A stretch of 64,000 bases of DNA from Gemmatimonadota bacterium (GTDB lineage: Bacteria > Gemmatimonadota > Gemmatimonadetes > Longimicrobiales > Gaopeijiaceae), in assembly GCA_034521595.1 (NCBI GenBank), contig JAXHMG010000003.1, positions 2,752,001-2,816,000 on the forward strand, in the 5' to 3' direction. Each line of letters begins with the position of its first letter. Positions within the stretch are counted from its first letter, which is position 1. The translations under genes were made by a program, and so were the position numbers. This document shows, one piece after another, positions 8,728-19,013 of this stretch. The notes under the pieces were generated by a model. The model did no database searches, had not been told where the DNA came from, and worked only from the letters and a program-made list of their open reading frames with translations.

Positions 8728-9815
8728 TGAGCCCTCAGATTCGACGCATCGCCATCAACACCGGAGGCGGAGACGCCCCCGGCCTCAACGCCGTCATCCG
8801 CGCCGTCGTGCGCTCGGGCGAGCGGCTCGGTTGGGAGATCTACGGGATCCTCGACTCCTACGACGGACTCTTCCGGGAAAACGGCGTCGTTCGCCTCGAC
8901 CGGGATTCCGTGCGCGGCATCACGCACCAAGGCGGCACCATCCTCGGGACCACGAACCGGGGGAACCCGCTCCGGTACCCGGTGACCGACGACGACGGGA
9001 CGGTGCGGTACGAGGACCGGTCCCAAGCGGTCATCGACGCATTCGAGGAGCGGGGCCTCGACGCGCTGATCGCCGTCGGGGGGGACGGCTCCCTCGAGAT
9101 CGCGCACGGCCTCCACGAGAAGGGCCTCAACGTCGTCGGCGTGCCGAAGACCATCGACAACGACCTGGCCGCCACGCAATTCACCTTCGGCTTCCTCACC
9201 GCGGTCGAGACGGCGACCGACGCCCTCGACAAGCTCCACTCCACGGCCGAAGCGCACGAGCGTGTCATGGTCGTGGAGCTGATGGGGCGCCACGCGGGTT
9301 GGATCGCGCTCTTCGCCGGTCTCGCCGGGACGGCCGACGTCATCCTCATCCCCGAGATCCCCTATGACATGGACCGGGTCTGCGAGAAGGTCCAGTCCCG
9401 GTATCTGGAAGGGCGGAACTTCGCGATCGTCGTGGTCGCCGAAGGAGCGTTCCCGGCCGGAGGGGAGCCGAGCTTCAAGATCGCGGGAAGCGGCGAGAAG
9501 CGGCTGGGCGGGCTCGCGCACGAGGTCGCCACGGACATCGCCGAGCGAACCGGACGGGAGACGCGGGACCTGGTGCTCGGTCATCTCCAGCGAGGAGGTG
9601 GGCCGATCGCCTACGATCGGCTGCTCGCGCTGAGGTTCGGTGCAGCCGCGGTGAAGCTGGTCTCCGAGGGCTGCTTCGGATGCATGGTCGCGCTGGACCC
9701 TCCGGAGGTGCTCGCCGTGCCGCTCCAGGAGGCCATTCAGGGAACGAGGCTGGTCCCGCTCGATGGTGACGTCGTCGCCACCGCACGGGCGATGGGAATA
9801 TCGTTGGGCGACTGA
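8728..9815 (+). CDS. pfkA: 6-phosphofructokinase (PfkA family, probably ATP-dependent)
   Basis: TGGGDAPGLNAVIRA, GGTILGT, GGDGS, PKTIDND, VELMGRHAGWIA, LGHLQRGG. Confidence 0.95.
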
Positions 9816-9910
9816 GGTTCGAAGGACGCCCGGATCCGCAAACGCGCGGGGCGTCGGGGACCGGATGCAGCTAGCGGCCCCGTCGGCTCGCCCGAACACG
9901 AAGTGAAGCC

Positions 9911-10042
9911 ATGTCGGAAACGCCCCCTCCGTCCAAGAGCGAAGCCCGCGCCAAGTTCCGGCGGACGCTCGTCCAGGTGCTGGTGGTCCAGGCCGTCGCG
10001 CTGGCCGTGCTCGCGTTTCTCCAGATCAGGTACGGCTCCTGA
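9911..10042 (+). CDS. Small (43 aa) single-TM protein coupled to the sodium:solute symporter
   Basis: MSETPPPSKSEARAKFRRTLVQVLVVQAVALAVLAFLQIRYGS*; its TGA overlaps the symporter ATG (TGATG). Not listed in the ORF track. Confidence 0.7.
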   Translation: MSETPPPSKSEARAKFRRTLVQVLVVQAVALAVLAFLQIRYGS

Positions 10043-11730
10043 TGCATTGGCTCAACTGGGTCGTCGTCGGGGTCTACCTCGTGTACGTCGTCGTCGACGG
10101 CATCCGGAAGTCCAAGGGAACGGACTCGCTGGCGGGCTTCTTCGTCGCCAACAGGAGTCTCTCCTGGTGGGTGGTCGGGCTGTCGGTGATGGCCACGCAG
10201 CTCTCCGCCATCACGATGATCGGGACCCCCGGCCAGGGGGCGACGGACGGCATCCGGTTCGTGCAGTTCTACTTCGGGCTCCCCATCGCGATGGTGATCC
10301 TCGGAGTCACCCTCGTGCCGTTCCTTCACGGCTCGGGTGTGTACACCGCCTACGAGTACCTGGAGCGGCGGTTCGACGCGAAGACCCGGTCGCTCACCGC
10401 GTTCCTCTTCCTGCTCTCGCGCGGGATGGCGGCGGGCACGATCATCGCGGCTCCCGGTGTCGTTCTGAGCGCGATCTTCGGCATACCCCTCTCGTGGGCG
10501 GTCGCGCTCATCGGTGTCCCGACGGTCATCTACACGATGGTCGGTGGCGTGCAAGCCGTGGCTTGGGCCGACGTGAAACAGATGTTCCTCATCGTCTTCG
10601 CCCTGCTGGCGATCGTCGTGGTGCTCATCGTGAAGATGCCGGTGAACCCAGACGACGCCCTACGGATCGCGGGGGCGACGGGGCGGCTCGAGACGTTCGA
10701 CTTCTCCTTCGACCTGACCGAGACCTACACGTTCTGGAGCGGCATCATCGGGGGCACCTTCCTGATGCTCTCGTACTTCGGCACGGACCAGAGCCAGGTG
10801 CAGCGGTACCTGACGTCCCGCTCCATCGACGAAGCCCGAAGCTCCCTCCTGATGAGCGCGTACTGGAAGATCCCCCTGCAGGCGCTGGTGCTTCTCGTCG
10901 GCATCGGGATCTTCGTGTACTACCAGTTCGTCCGGCCACCGCTTCTCTACAACCCGGCCCACGAACAAGCCGTGGTCGATACACGCGGCGCCGAATACTC
11001 CGCGCTGCAGGAGCGTTACGAGGAGATGTTCTCGCTACGGTCGGACGCCGCCCTGGCGACGGCGAACGCCGAAGCCGACACCGAAAGCGCCGCCGGTATG
11101 GAGACGTTTCTGGAGCGCGAGGCCGATATCCAGGGCATCCGCGCCGAAGCGCTGACGATGGCGGAAGAAGTCACCGGCGAGTCGTCCCGGGACGTCAACT
11201 ACATCATCCCGCGCTTCGCCCTGTCGGAGCTCCCCATCGGGTTGGCGGGGCTCTTCATCGCGGGCGTCATCGCCGCCGCGATGTCGAGCATCTCGTCCGA
11301 GCTCAACTCGCTCGCCACGACGAGCATCATCGACTTCTACCGGCGCTGGGCACGCCCGGAAGGAACCGACGAGCACTACCTGCTGGTTTCCAAGGGAGCC
11401 ACCGCCTTCTGGGGACTATTCGCATGCATCGTCGCGACGTACGCCGCCACGCTCGGATCACTCATCGAAGTGGTCAACCGGTTCGGCTCGTTCTTCTACG
11501 GGTCGATTCTCGGCGTCTTCCTGTTGGCCATGATCCCGTGGGCGAAGGGGCGGGGCGCCTTCTACGGCTTGATCGCGGGGATGAGCTTCGTCGGGTTCGT
11601 GAACTTCCGCATGCCCGAGATCGCGTTTCTCTGGCACAACGTGATCGGGGCCGTGACCGTCGTGGTCGTGGGCCTCGTGCTGAGCGGCTTCGGCCCGCGA
11701 AATGCACCTAGCGCGAGCGACACCGCCTGA
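10042..11730 (+). CDS. Sodium:solute symporter (SSS/SLC5)
   Basis: GLSVMATQLSAIT, TAYEYLERRF, GGVQAVAWAD, GTDQSQVQRYL, AAAMSSISSELNSLAT; many TM helices. Confidence 0.95.
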   Translation: MHWLNWVVVGVYLVYVVVDGIRKSKGTDSLAGFFVANRSLSWWVVGLSVMATQLSAITMIGTPGQGATDGIRFVQFYFGLPIAMVILGVTLVPFLHGSGVYTAYEYLERRFDAKTRSLTAFLFLLSRGMAAGTIIAAPGVVLSAIFGIPLSWAVALIGVPTVIYTMVGGVQAVAWADVKQMFLIVFALLAIVVVLIVKMPVNPDDALRIAGATGRLETFDFSFDLTETYTFWSGIIGGTFLMLSYFGTDQSQVQRYLTSRSIDEARSSLLMSAYWKIPLQALVLLVGIGIFVYYQFVRPPLLYNPAHEQAVVDTRGAEYSALQERYEEMFSLRSDAALATANAEADTESAAGMETFLEREADIQGIRAEALTMAEEVTGESSRDVNYIIPRFALSELPIGLAGLFIAGVIAAAMSSISSELNSLATTSIIDFYRRWARPEGTDEHYLLVSKGATAFWGLFACIVATYAATLGSLIEVVNRFGSFFYGSILGVFLLAMIPWAKGRGAFYGLIAGMSFVGFVNFRMPEIAFLWHNVIGAVTVVVVGLVLSGFGPRNAPSASDTA

Positions 11731-11743
11731 CCCGGACGCATCC

Positions 11744-12268
11744 GTGCCGCGAGCCACGGGGTCCCTAACTGCGCTCGGCCGCCTCGGCCTGAGTGTGGCG
11801 GCGACGACCGTCGTCACGGCCTGCGCCTTCGAGGCGGAGTCCCTTCCCGTGGAGTGTAGGGTCACACGCAGCGGCTCCGTCACCGCCGCCGACACCCTAT
11901 ACGTCGACTTCGAGCTGCAGGACCCCCTCGGGCCCGGAGCGGACCTCCGAGCCATGGTGCGCGTGGATCCGCTGGACGAGATCGGCACGGTGGAATTCAG
12001 CGGCTCCGTGCCGCCGAGCACGGCCGCCGTGAGCGCGACGCTGATCCCGGGCGACGCCTTCTACGGCTGTCTGGGAGAAGCTCCGGAACGCGTCCGACTG
12101 CGGGCACCGCGCACGCCCCATGGGAGGGCCTGGATTCGGGTTTCCGCCGATCGCCCCGTAACGGTGCGGCTCCACCCGAACCATCGCCCGCCGGACTCCG
12201 CGCCGACACTCACCGTCCTCCCCGGCACCTCCGCCGAGACTCGGTGGAGCCGGCGGAGCGAACCGTGA
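11744..12268 (+). CDS. Hypothetical lipoprotein
   Basis: Hydrophobic stretch ending VVTA-C; beta-rich body; stop overlaps the next GTG start. Start uncertain. Confidence 0.5.
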   Translation: MPRATGSLTALGRLGLSVAATTVVTACAFEAESLPVECRVTRSGSVTAADTLYVDFELQDPLGPGADLRAMVRVDPLDEIGTVEFSGSVPPSTAAVSATLIPGDAFYGCLGEAPERVRLRAPRTPHGRAWIRVSADRPVTVRLHPNHRPPDSAPTLTVLPGTSAETRWSRRSEP

Positions 12269-12747
12269 GCCCCGCAAGAGGTTCGGCAGCTCGGCGCGAG
12301 CGTCAGGCCGTCGGTCTGGCCATCGGCTGGACCCTCCTTCTCGTAGCGCTGGCCGCCGTATGGATCCGGAGCCCGGTGTTGGGAACCGGCGCCGCGTTCG
12401 TGATCTGGTCCGCACCGGCCGGGGCGTTCGGCTTCGTGAGCTGGCGGTGGCTTCGCGCGCGCCGCATCGAGGAGATTCCCACGAGCCGCGCGACTCTGGC
12501 GGCCGTCGCCGCGTGTTGGATCGGCGGGCTGGCCCTCGCGACGACGCATGTCGGGCCGACCCTGGCTCTGGACGGGCTCATCATGCGCCGGCCGCTCCTC
12601 GCCTCGAGCGGCCGGGCGCTGACCTGGCTGCCCCTCGTCATCGGGCTGGGGCTCGCCGTCGCGGGACTCTCGGCTAGCTTGGAGGCGCGTTACCGCCTTC
12701 GGTCTCGCTCACCCATGCGCGCCACGACTCCGGGTCGAGCGAGATGA
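12265..12747 (+). CDS. Hypothetical membrane protein (about 4 TM)
   Basis: Four hydrophobic segments; GTGA coupling to the upstream gene; the 3' end overlaps the convergent gene by 74 nt. Confidence 0.55.
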   Translation: MSPARGSAARRERQAVGLAIGWTLLLVALAAVWIRSPVLGTGAAFVIWSAPAGAFGFVSWRWLRARRIEEIPTSRATLAAVAACWIGGLALATTHVGPTLALDGLIMRRPLLASSGRALTWLPLVIGLGLAVAGLSASLEARYRLRSRSPMRATTPGRAR

Positions 12748-15391
12748 GGTTGGCGAAGAGCCGATAGGCACCCGGGACCCGCTGCGACCACTGACGGAAG
12801 AACGAGAGGGCAGCGTAGGCGTAGACGCCGTCCCCGACCGACGAAACCAGGAGCGAGCCCCGGCGCGGCGGCTCACCCGGATCGTTCATCTCGAGCATCG
12901 GGCGGTACGCATCGTCCCACTCGCTGGCGAAGTAGAGTCCGCGCTCCTGAACCCAGCCTTCGAAGTCCTCCGGTCCGATCCGGTTCGGCGTCGTGAACAC
13001 GGGCGCGTCGGGCTCCAGGATCGTCACCGGTTGCGTCTCGACCGAGACCCGGGCCGCCGGGCGGTCGATCGAGAGACCGTGGGGCGCGAACCCACCGTTG
13101 GAGAACTGGTATTGGTTGTACTGGTTCACCACCACGCCACCGGCCCGGGCGAAGTCGAGGATCTGTTCGTTCGCGGCGCGCACGTCGGGTCTCGCTTCGT
13201 AGGCCCGGACGCCGAGCACGAGCACGTCGAAGTCGTCGAAGTCGCCGTCCCGCACCCGGTCCTCGCCCAACAGCTCGACGTCCGCGCCCATCTGCCGGAT
13301 CGCCTCGGCTCCGTCGTCGCCGGTCCCCATGATGTAGCCGACACGGAGCTCCTCCGGCACCCGTACGGGCACCACCGCCACCCGGGTCTCAGCCGGTTCG
13401 AAGAGGGCCGCCCTCTCGATGTGGTCGTAGTCGATGAGCGAGAAACCCTCTTCGTAGCGCGCCCCGGTCTCGTCCGTGGCCACGGCACGGAATATCTCCT
13501 CGCCGGCATCCACCACGTCGCCCGGGGTCACCGAATAGGAAAGCGAGCGCTCCGACCCGGCGGCCGGGAGGTCGAACGCACGCGTGTCCGGGCTCACGCG
13601 CCATCCGGCGGGAGCCTCCAGCCTCACCATTCCCCGCGCCCCTTCTTCCGCCTCCGTCCGCACGGCCACGGTCACTTCGCGCGTCTCGGACAGGGTCTCC
13701 GGCCACGCCATTCCACTCGGCTGCGTGGTCACGGACACCCGTGGAAGCACGAGGACCGGCTCGACGAACTCCCCGTACGCCTGATCGACTCCGACGTAGC
13801 GCCAATCGGCTTCGTGGCGGACACGGACCGCGCCCGCCGAGCCTTCCACGGTGAGGGTCGCGCGTCCCACGACGTCCGCAGGATCCCTGGGAAGCCCCCA
13901 GAGCGAGCGATCCTCCGGCCACCGGTACATGGGCCCGTCCCGCTCTTCCCGGAGATAGTAGAGACGCGAGACGTCGGCGTCCTCCGGCACCTCCACCTCG
14001 AAGCGCCATGTCGCCAGAGCTCCGGCCGGGATCCTCCCGTCGTCGGTCACTCCCTCGAGCCCGACCTGGCGTGTCTCCCACGCCTCTCTCGGTCGCAGCG
14101 ACACCTCGGGAGCGCGCACCGACGCGCCGCCTCCGTTCCACAGAAGCGCCTCGACCTCCACGGTCTGTCCGGGCACCACGATGTCGTCTTCGGCCCGAAC
14201 GTCGAACACGACGCCGGCCGCGGCCATCAGCGCGCGCTCCGTGAGGGAGCGTTTGTGTGCCAATTCCCGTGCGAGCCCGGTCCCGGATTCCACGGTTTCC
14301 GCCGCTGCATCGAGCGCGGCCAACGCCTGCGTCAGATCGTCGACGATCGTCCCGGGATCGAGTGAGAACCCGTCCCGGGCCCGCGCGACCGCCGCTCGAT
14401 ACGCCTCCAGGTGATCCGCGGCCGCCGCGGCCACCTCGTCCGGCAGCGGTTCCGTGAGGCCGACGAGCGTCGTGTCGATGCCGGAAAAGAGCCCCTCCTC
14501 GGCATTCGGAACCCGGGCGTCCACGACCACCGCGCCGGAGCTCCGCGGGCCCGCCGGCTGCGCCGTCCCCATGTCCTGGGAGCGGTGCTGACTTCGGCCC
14601 TCCATCGCGAGCTGGAAGCTCGAGCGCCCCAACAGGGGATCGAAGCGGCCGATCGGGACCACGATCTCACCCTCGATCTCCGGGGCGTTCGGCGCGAAGC
14701 GGCGCCGGGAGGTCCGCAGGAGCTTGGCGGGCGCCCAGGGCTCGATGTCTCCCGAGAGCTGCTCGGGGTATCGCTCCGGGTCACCGGCCGCGGCGAACGC
14801 CTCACGCGCCATGATGCCCGCCGCCTGGTGATGGCCGTGCCCGTCACTGGGCGTGCCGCTGAAGACCGACACGACCACGTGCGGCCGGAAGGTGCGGATG
14901 GCCCACACGACGTCTCGAAGCAGCTCGTCCTTCTCCCAGAACGTCAAGGTTTCCTCGGCGGTCTTGGAGTATCCGAAGTCGAACGCGCGTGTGAAGCGCT
15001 GTCGCCCCCCGTCGAGCTCGCGGGCAGCTTCGAGCTCTCCCGTGCGTATGACCGCGAGGCCCTCGAACAGCTCGGGGCCGATGAGGTTTTGCCCTCCCCC
15101 GCCGCGCGTGAGCGACAGATAGGCCGTTTCCGCTCCCATCCCGCGCGCCACGGCGGTCAGGAATCCCGTGTCCTCGTCGTCGGGATGCGCGCCGATCATG
15201 AGCACCCGCTTCACCCCCTCGAGCCGGCGAAGGAGCAACCCGGCCGCGACCGTTCCCGTGCCGTCCAACGACTGCGCGGTGACGGTGGACCCGACGGCGC
15301 CCGTGCCTACCGCGGCCCAGGGGTTCAGGGGAGCCGCGAGCGACAAGAGAAGAGCGGTCAGGAGTGCTCGGGCATGAAGGGTCGGAGTCAT
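12674..15391 (-). CDS. Exported PIG-L/LmbE family deacetylase with Ig-like (NEW3-type) and C-terminal glutamine amidotransferase-like domains
   Basis: Signal peptide from MTPTLH; GAHPDDED, LTRG.GGQNLIG, R..ELEAAR, DFGYSK, DGHGHHQ, RSQHRSQ; C-terminal VGYIMGTGD, WVQERGLYF. Confidence 0.9.
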   Translation of the reverse strand: MTPTLHARALLTALLLSLAAPLNPWAAVGTGAVGSTVTAQSLDGTGTVAAGLLLRRLEGVKRVLMIGAHPDDEDTGFLTAVARGMGAETAYLSLTRGGGGQNLIGPELFEGLAVIRTGELEAARELDGGRQRFTRAFDFGYSKTAEETLTFWEKDELLRDVVWAIRTFRPHVVVSVFSGTPSDGHGHHQAAGIMAREAFAAAGDPERYPEQLSGDIEPWAPAKLLRTSRRRFAPNAPEIEGEIVVPIGRFDPLLGRSSFQLAMEGRSQHRSQDMGTAQPAGPRSSGAVVVDARVPNAEEGLFSGIDTTLVGLTEPLPDEVAAAAADHLEAYRAAVARARDGFSLDPGTIVDDLTQALAALDAAAETVESGTGLARELAHKRSLTERALMAAAGVVFDVRAEDDIVVPGQTVEVEALLWNGGGASVRAPEVSLRPREAWETRQVGLEGVTDDGRIPAGALATWRFEVEVPEDADVSRLYYLREERDGPMYRWPEDRSLWGLPRDPADVVGRATLTVEGSAGAVRVRHEADWRYVGVDQAYGEFVEPVLVLPRVSVTTQPSGMAWPETLSETREVTVAVRTEAEEGARGMVRLEAPAGWRVSPDTRAFDLPAAGSERSLSYSVTPGDVVDAGEEIFRAVATDETGARYEEGFSLIDYDHIERAALFEPAETRVAVVPVRVPEELRVGYIMGTGDDGAEAIRQMGADVELLGEDRVRDGDFDDFDVLVLGVRAYEARPDVRAANEQILDFARAGGVVVNQYNQYQFSNGGFAPHGLSIDRPAARVSVETQPVTILEPDAPVFTTPNRIGPEDFEGWVQERGLYFASEWDDAYRPMLEMNDPGEPPRRGSLLVSSVGDGVYAYAALSFFRQWSQRVPGAYRLFANLISLDPESWRAWVSETEGGNAPPS

Positions 15392-15477
15392 GATGTCGTC
15401 CTCACGATCGTCTTGGAGATGGCCGTCGGGTAACGTCCGCGCTCGGATCCGTGGCCGAACGGGACGGTGCCGCACCG

Positions 15478-16407
15478 TCAAGACTCGTCCCGCGGCCAAG
15501 GCATGGCCAGGGATGCGGGCGCGCGGACCCTTCCGACCCACCCGGCGAGGGCCGCGAGCGTGAGCAGATAGGGGAGCACGAGGAAGAGCTGATAAGGGAC
15601 CTCCAGCCCCAGCGCCTGGAGCAGGAACTGCAGGGCGGACGCTCCTCCGAAGAGGAGGGCGGCCACCAGCACCCACGGGGGGTTCCAACGACCGAGCACC
15701 ACCACCGCGATCGCGATGAAGCCTCGACCCGCGCTCATGTTCTCGGCGAACGTGCCCGCGTGCGCCAACGCCAGGTGCGCGCCCGCGACGCCCGCCAGGG
15801 CGCCGCCGAATACGATGGCCCAGAAGCGGATCCAGCGCACCCTCACGCCGGCCGCGGACGCCGCGTCCGGATCCTCGCCGGTGGCCCGGAGCTCCAGCCC
15901 CCATTCGGTTCGGAACAGGAAGTACCAGAGCAGGGGAGCGAGCGCGTAGGCCAGATACGCCGTCGGAGCCTGGGCGAACAGGGCCGTGCCCAACCACGGA
16001 ATCTCGGACAATCCGGGGATCGACACCGAGGTCAGGGTGGGCAGGCTCAACGCGGTACCGGTCGTGCCGAAGCGCGCCTGGTAGATCGCGCCCGTCATCC
16101 CGAGCCCCCCGAGGGTGATGGCCGTCCCCGTGATGATCTGGTCGGTTCCCAGCCCCACCACGAAGACGGCGAAGACCAGCGCGACCGCCGCTCCGGCCAC
16201 GGCGCCCACCGCCACTCCCTGCGTCGCGTCGACGAGCCAGAGGCTGCCGAGCGCGCCACCGAGCGCACCCGCGATGATCGATCCTTCGAGCCCGATGTTG
16301 ATGACCCCGCTGCGCTCGGCGATCGCCTCCCCCATCGCCGCGAGCGCGAGCGGTATACCGAGGCGAACCGCGGCTTCGAGAAACAGCACCAGATCCGTGC
16401 TAGCCAC
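15478..16407 (-). CDS. Nucleoside/simple-sugar ABC transporter permease
   Basis: AERSGVINIGLEG, GLELRATGEDP, MSAGRGFIAIAVVVLGRWNP, LPYLLTL. Confidence 0.92.
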   Translation of the reverse strand: MASTDLVLFLEAAVRLGIPLALAAMGEAIAERSGVINIGLEGSIIAGALGGALGSLWLVDATQGVAVGAVAGAAVALVFAVFVVGLGTDQIITGTAITLGGLGMTGAIYQARFGTTGTALSLPTLTSVSIPGLSEIPWLGTALFAQAPTAYLAYALAPLLWYFLFRTEWGLELRATGEDPDAASAAGVRVRWIRFWAIVFGGALAGVAGAHLALAHAGTFAENMSAGRGFIAIAVVVLGRWNPPWVLVAALLFGGASALQFLLQALGLEVPYQLFLVLPYLLTLAALAGWVGRVRAPASLAMPWPRDES

Positions 16408-17515
16408 CGGATCCCTCCCCGCCCGTTCGGCCCGGCGCGACCGCGGCGACATCCGCCCCGCTCTCGGGAACGAGCGTGTCCAGACCTCTCCTGCGAAGGC
16501 GGTCGAGCGCGATGACCGACAGGATCACGAGCGCCTGCACCACCCCCACCCAAGCCGACGGCACCCCGGCCTCGCGTTGCATGGCGCTGGCGCCCCCTTC
16601 GAGCGCGCCGAACAAGGCCCCGGTCACGAGCACGCCGATCGGGTGAAGGCCGGCGAGGAGCGCCACCGCGATGGCGGTATACCCCCACCCGGGAGAAAGC
16701 CCTTCGTACAGCGCGAAGGTGACACCCGCCACCTGCACCCCTCCGGCGATCCCGGCGATGGCTCCCGAGACGAGAAACGTCCTCATCCAGACCCTGTCGG
16801 TGTCGATCCGACCGGCCACCCGGGCCGCTCCGGCCGACGCCCCCACGGCGCGCACACGGAAGCCTGCCCGCGTTTTCCACAGGAATGCCGCGACGCCCAC
16901 GGCCAGAAGGACGGCCAGGCCGAACCCGGCATGAAGCCGTGTGCCGGGAAGGAGCACCCCCAGGCGAGCGCTCGCGGCGATGGCGTCGGTCTGGGGGAAG
17001 ACGCCTCGCGCCTCCTGGAGCGGACCCCGCACCACGTAAGCCGCCAGATGAATCCCGACGAAGTTCATGAGGATGGTCGTGATCACCTCGCCCACCCCCA
17101 ACCGCACGCGCATCAGGGCGGGCACCGCGGCCCACGACGCGCCTCCCAGAACGGCCGCGGCCAGGACGGCGACGACACCGAGCGGAGCGGGCCAACCCCC
17201 CGTGTGCAATCCGACCCACACGGCACCGATCGCGCCTGCGTAGAGCTGACCTTCCGCTCCGATATTCCAAACCCCCGCCCGAAAAGCCAGAGCGACCGCC
17301 AGGCCGGTGAGGATGAGGGGAACCGCCCGAACGAGCGTCACCGAGAAGAGCGCCGACGGCGTTCCGGCCGCGCCTCGGAGCATCGCGCCCGCGGCACGGA
17401 TGGGATCGTAACCACCCAACATCAACACCACCCCGGCCAGCGCCACCGTAACGAGCACGGCCAGAGCGGCGACGGCCACCGGGCCCCGGAGCCGTCGGGG
17501 CAACCGCACCTTCAT
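16400..17515 (-). CDS. Nucleoside/simple-sugar ABC transporter permease
   Basis: PLILTGLAVALAFRAGVWNIGAEGQ, EVITTILMN, GYTAIAVALLAGLHPIG. Confidence 0.92.
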   Translation of the reverse strand: MKVRLPRRLRGPVAVAALAVLVTVALAGVVLMLGGYDPIRAAGAMLRGAAGTPSALFSVTLVRAVPLILTGLAVALAFRAGVWNIGAEGQLYAGAIGAVWVGLHTGGWPAPLGVVAVLAAAVLGGASWAAVPALMRVRLGVGEVITTILMNFVGIHLAAYVVRGPLQEARGVFPQTDAIAASARLGVLLPGTRLHAGFGLAVLLAVGVAAFLWKTRAGFRVRAVGASAGAARVAGRIDTDRVWMRTFLVSGAIAGIAGGVQVAGVTFALYEGLSPGWGYTAIAVALLAGLHPIGVLVTGALFGALEGGASAMQREAGVPSAWVGVVQALVILSVIALDRLRRRGLDTLVPESGADVAAVAPGRTGGEGSGG

Positions 17516-17525
17516 GGCACGAAGC

Positions 17526-19013
17526 TCACGGGCCCGCGCTCAGCATGAGCGCACCGACACCGCTCCGGCTTCGCTGTCCCTCCGGCACCGGACGAAGCGC
17601 GCCCCGCACCATGACCAGCACGCGGTCGGACAGCTCGAGGACCTCGTCGAGATCGCTCGAGATGAGCACGATGCCCGGAGCGCGCGCACCCAGGCGAGCA
17701 TGGCGCACCAGCTCCCGGCGCACGAACACGGTCGCCGCCACATCGAGTCCCCGCGTAGGGTTCTCGGCCACCAGGAGGTCCGCCGCCACGCCGAGCTCGC
17801 GACCGACGAGAAGGCGCTGTTGATTCCCGCCCGAGAGCGCGGCCACCGTGGTTTCGGTCGCCGGGGCGTGAACGCGGTACCGGGTCCGCACGTCCTCGGC
17901 CCGCTTCCGCGCCTCCGCCCAGGGCATGAGCCACCTCGGACCGATATCCCGATCGTGGAGCGACAGCGCCACGTTCTCGGTCAGGTCGAAGGACCCGACC
18001 AGCCCTTCCGTCGTCCTGTCCTCAGGGATGAACCCGGTGCCGCGGGGGATGCGCGCCACGCCCGCGTCGGGACGCATCCTGCCGGCGAGCAGCCGCGCCA
18101 GCTCGCGCTGCCCGTTCCCCTCCACCCCGGCGACTCCCACGATCTCACCCCGACGGACGTCGAGCGACATCGGCCCCACGGCCACGGCTCCGGACGCGTC
18201 CCGAACCGTCGCCCCCGCGAGCTCGGCCACCACTTCGCCCGCGGCCCCCTCGGATGCGTCCTCCCGCATCCCCACGGGGGCCGCGGGGTGCTCACCCACC
18301 ATCGCGCGCACCAGCGCGTCGGGGTTCGCCTCGGAGACGCCGCCGGTGTAGACCGTGCGGCCGTGCCGCAGGACGGTCAGCCGATTCGACGCCGCCAACA
18401 CCTCGTCGAGCTTGTGCGCCACCAGGACCACTGCGCGACCCTCCGAAGCCAGACCGCGCAGCAGCTCGAAGAGCGCCTCCGTCTCCTCCGGTGCCAACAC
18501 GGCGGTCGGCTCGTCCAGCACCAGAATCCCCGGATCCCGCAGAAGCGCCTTCAGGATCTCCACACGTTGACGCTGGCCCACGCTCAGCTCCCGCACCCCG
18601 CGCTCGACGTCGACCCGCAGCCCCGTCCGCTCTCCGAGCTGCCGGACACGCTCCCGAACCTCCGCGTAGGGGAGCGCGAATCCGCCGGCCACACCGCGAA
18701 AGCCGAGCGAGAGATTTTCGAGCACGGTGAGCCCCGGCACGAGCTTGAAGTGCTGATGCACCATCCCGATTCCGTGCCGCCACGCGTCTCGCGGGGTGCG
18801 CAGCTCCACCCGCCTTCCGTCGACTTCGACGGTTCCCTCGTCGGGTGTGAGCAACCCGGAGAGGATGTTCAGGAGAGTCGTCTTGCCCGCACCGTTCTCC
18901 CCCAGGACGCCGTGCACTTCCCCGGGCAGGAGCTCGAGGTCGGCGCCGTCCAGCGCGACCACGGCCCCGAAGCGTCGGACGACGCCGGACATGCGGACCC
19001 GAGGATCGGTCAC
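17526..19013 (-). CDS. ABC transporter ATP-binding protein (tandem ABC, CUT2 type)
   Basis: Walker A GENGAGKT, MVHQHF, LSVGQRQRVEI, LDEPT; second domain LSGGNQQR, NPTRGLDV. Confidence 0.95.
   Translation of the reverse strand: MTDPRVRMSGVVRRFGAVVALDGADLELLPGEVHGVLGENGAGKTTLLNILSGLLTPDEGTVEVDGRRVELRTPRDAWRHGIGMVHQHFKLVPGLTVLENLSLGFRGVAGGFALPYAEVRERVRQLGERTGLRVDVERGVRELSVGQRQRVEILKALLRDPGILVLDEPTAVLAPEETEALFELLRGLASEGRAVVLVAHKLDEVLAASNRLTVLRHGRTVYTGGVSEANPDALVRAMVGEHPAAPVGMREDASEGAAGEVVAELAGATVRDASGAVAVGPMSLDVRRGEIVGVAGVEGNGQRELARLLAGRMRPDAGVARIPRGTGFIPEDRTTEGLVGSFDLTENVALSLHDRDIGPRWLMPWAEARKRAEDVRTRYRVHAPATETTVAALSGGNQQRLLVGRELGVAADLLVAENPTRGLDVAATVFVRRELVRHARLGARAPGIVLISSDLDEVLELSDRVLVMVRGALRPVPEGQRSRSGVGALMLSAGP

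Noticed and set aside
15392-15997. N-terminal extensions in the ORF track (PIG-L to 15997, NSS from 19388, class-V enzyme from 36254, M28 from 38724, carbonic anhydrase from 42577, crcB from 24739)
   Set aside because: They overlap neighbouring genes or the riboswitch; internal starts match the family N-termini and signal peptides.
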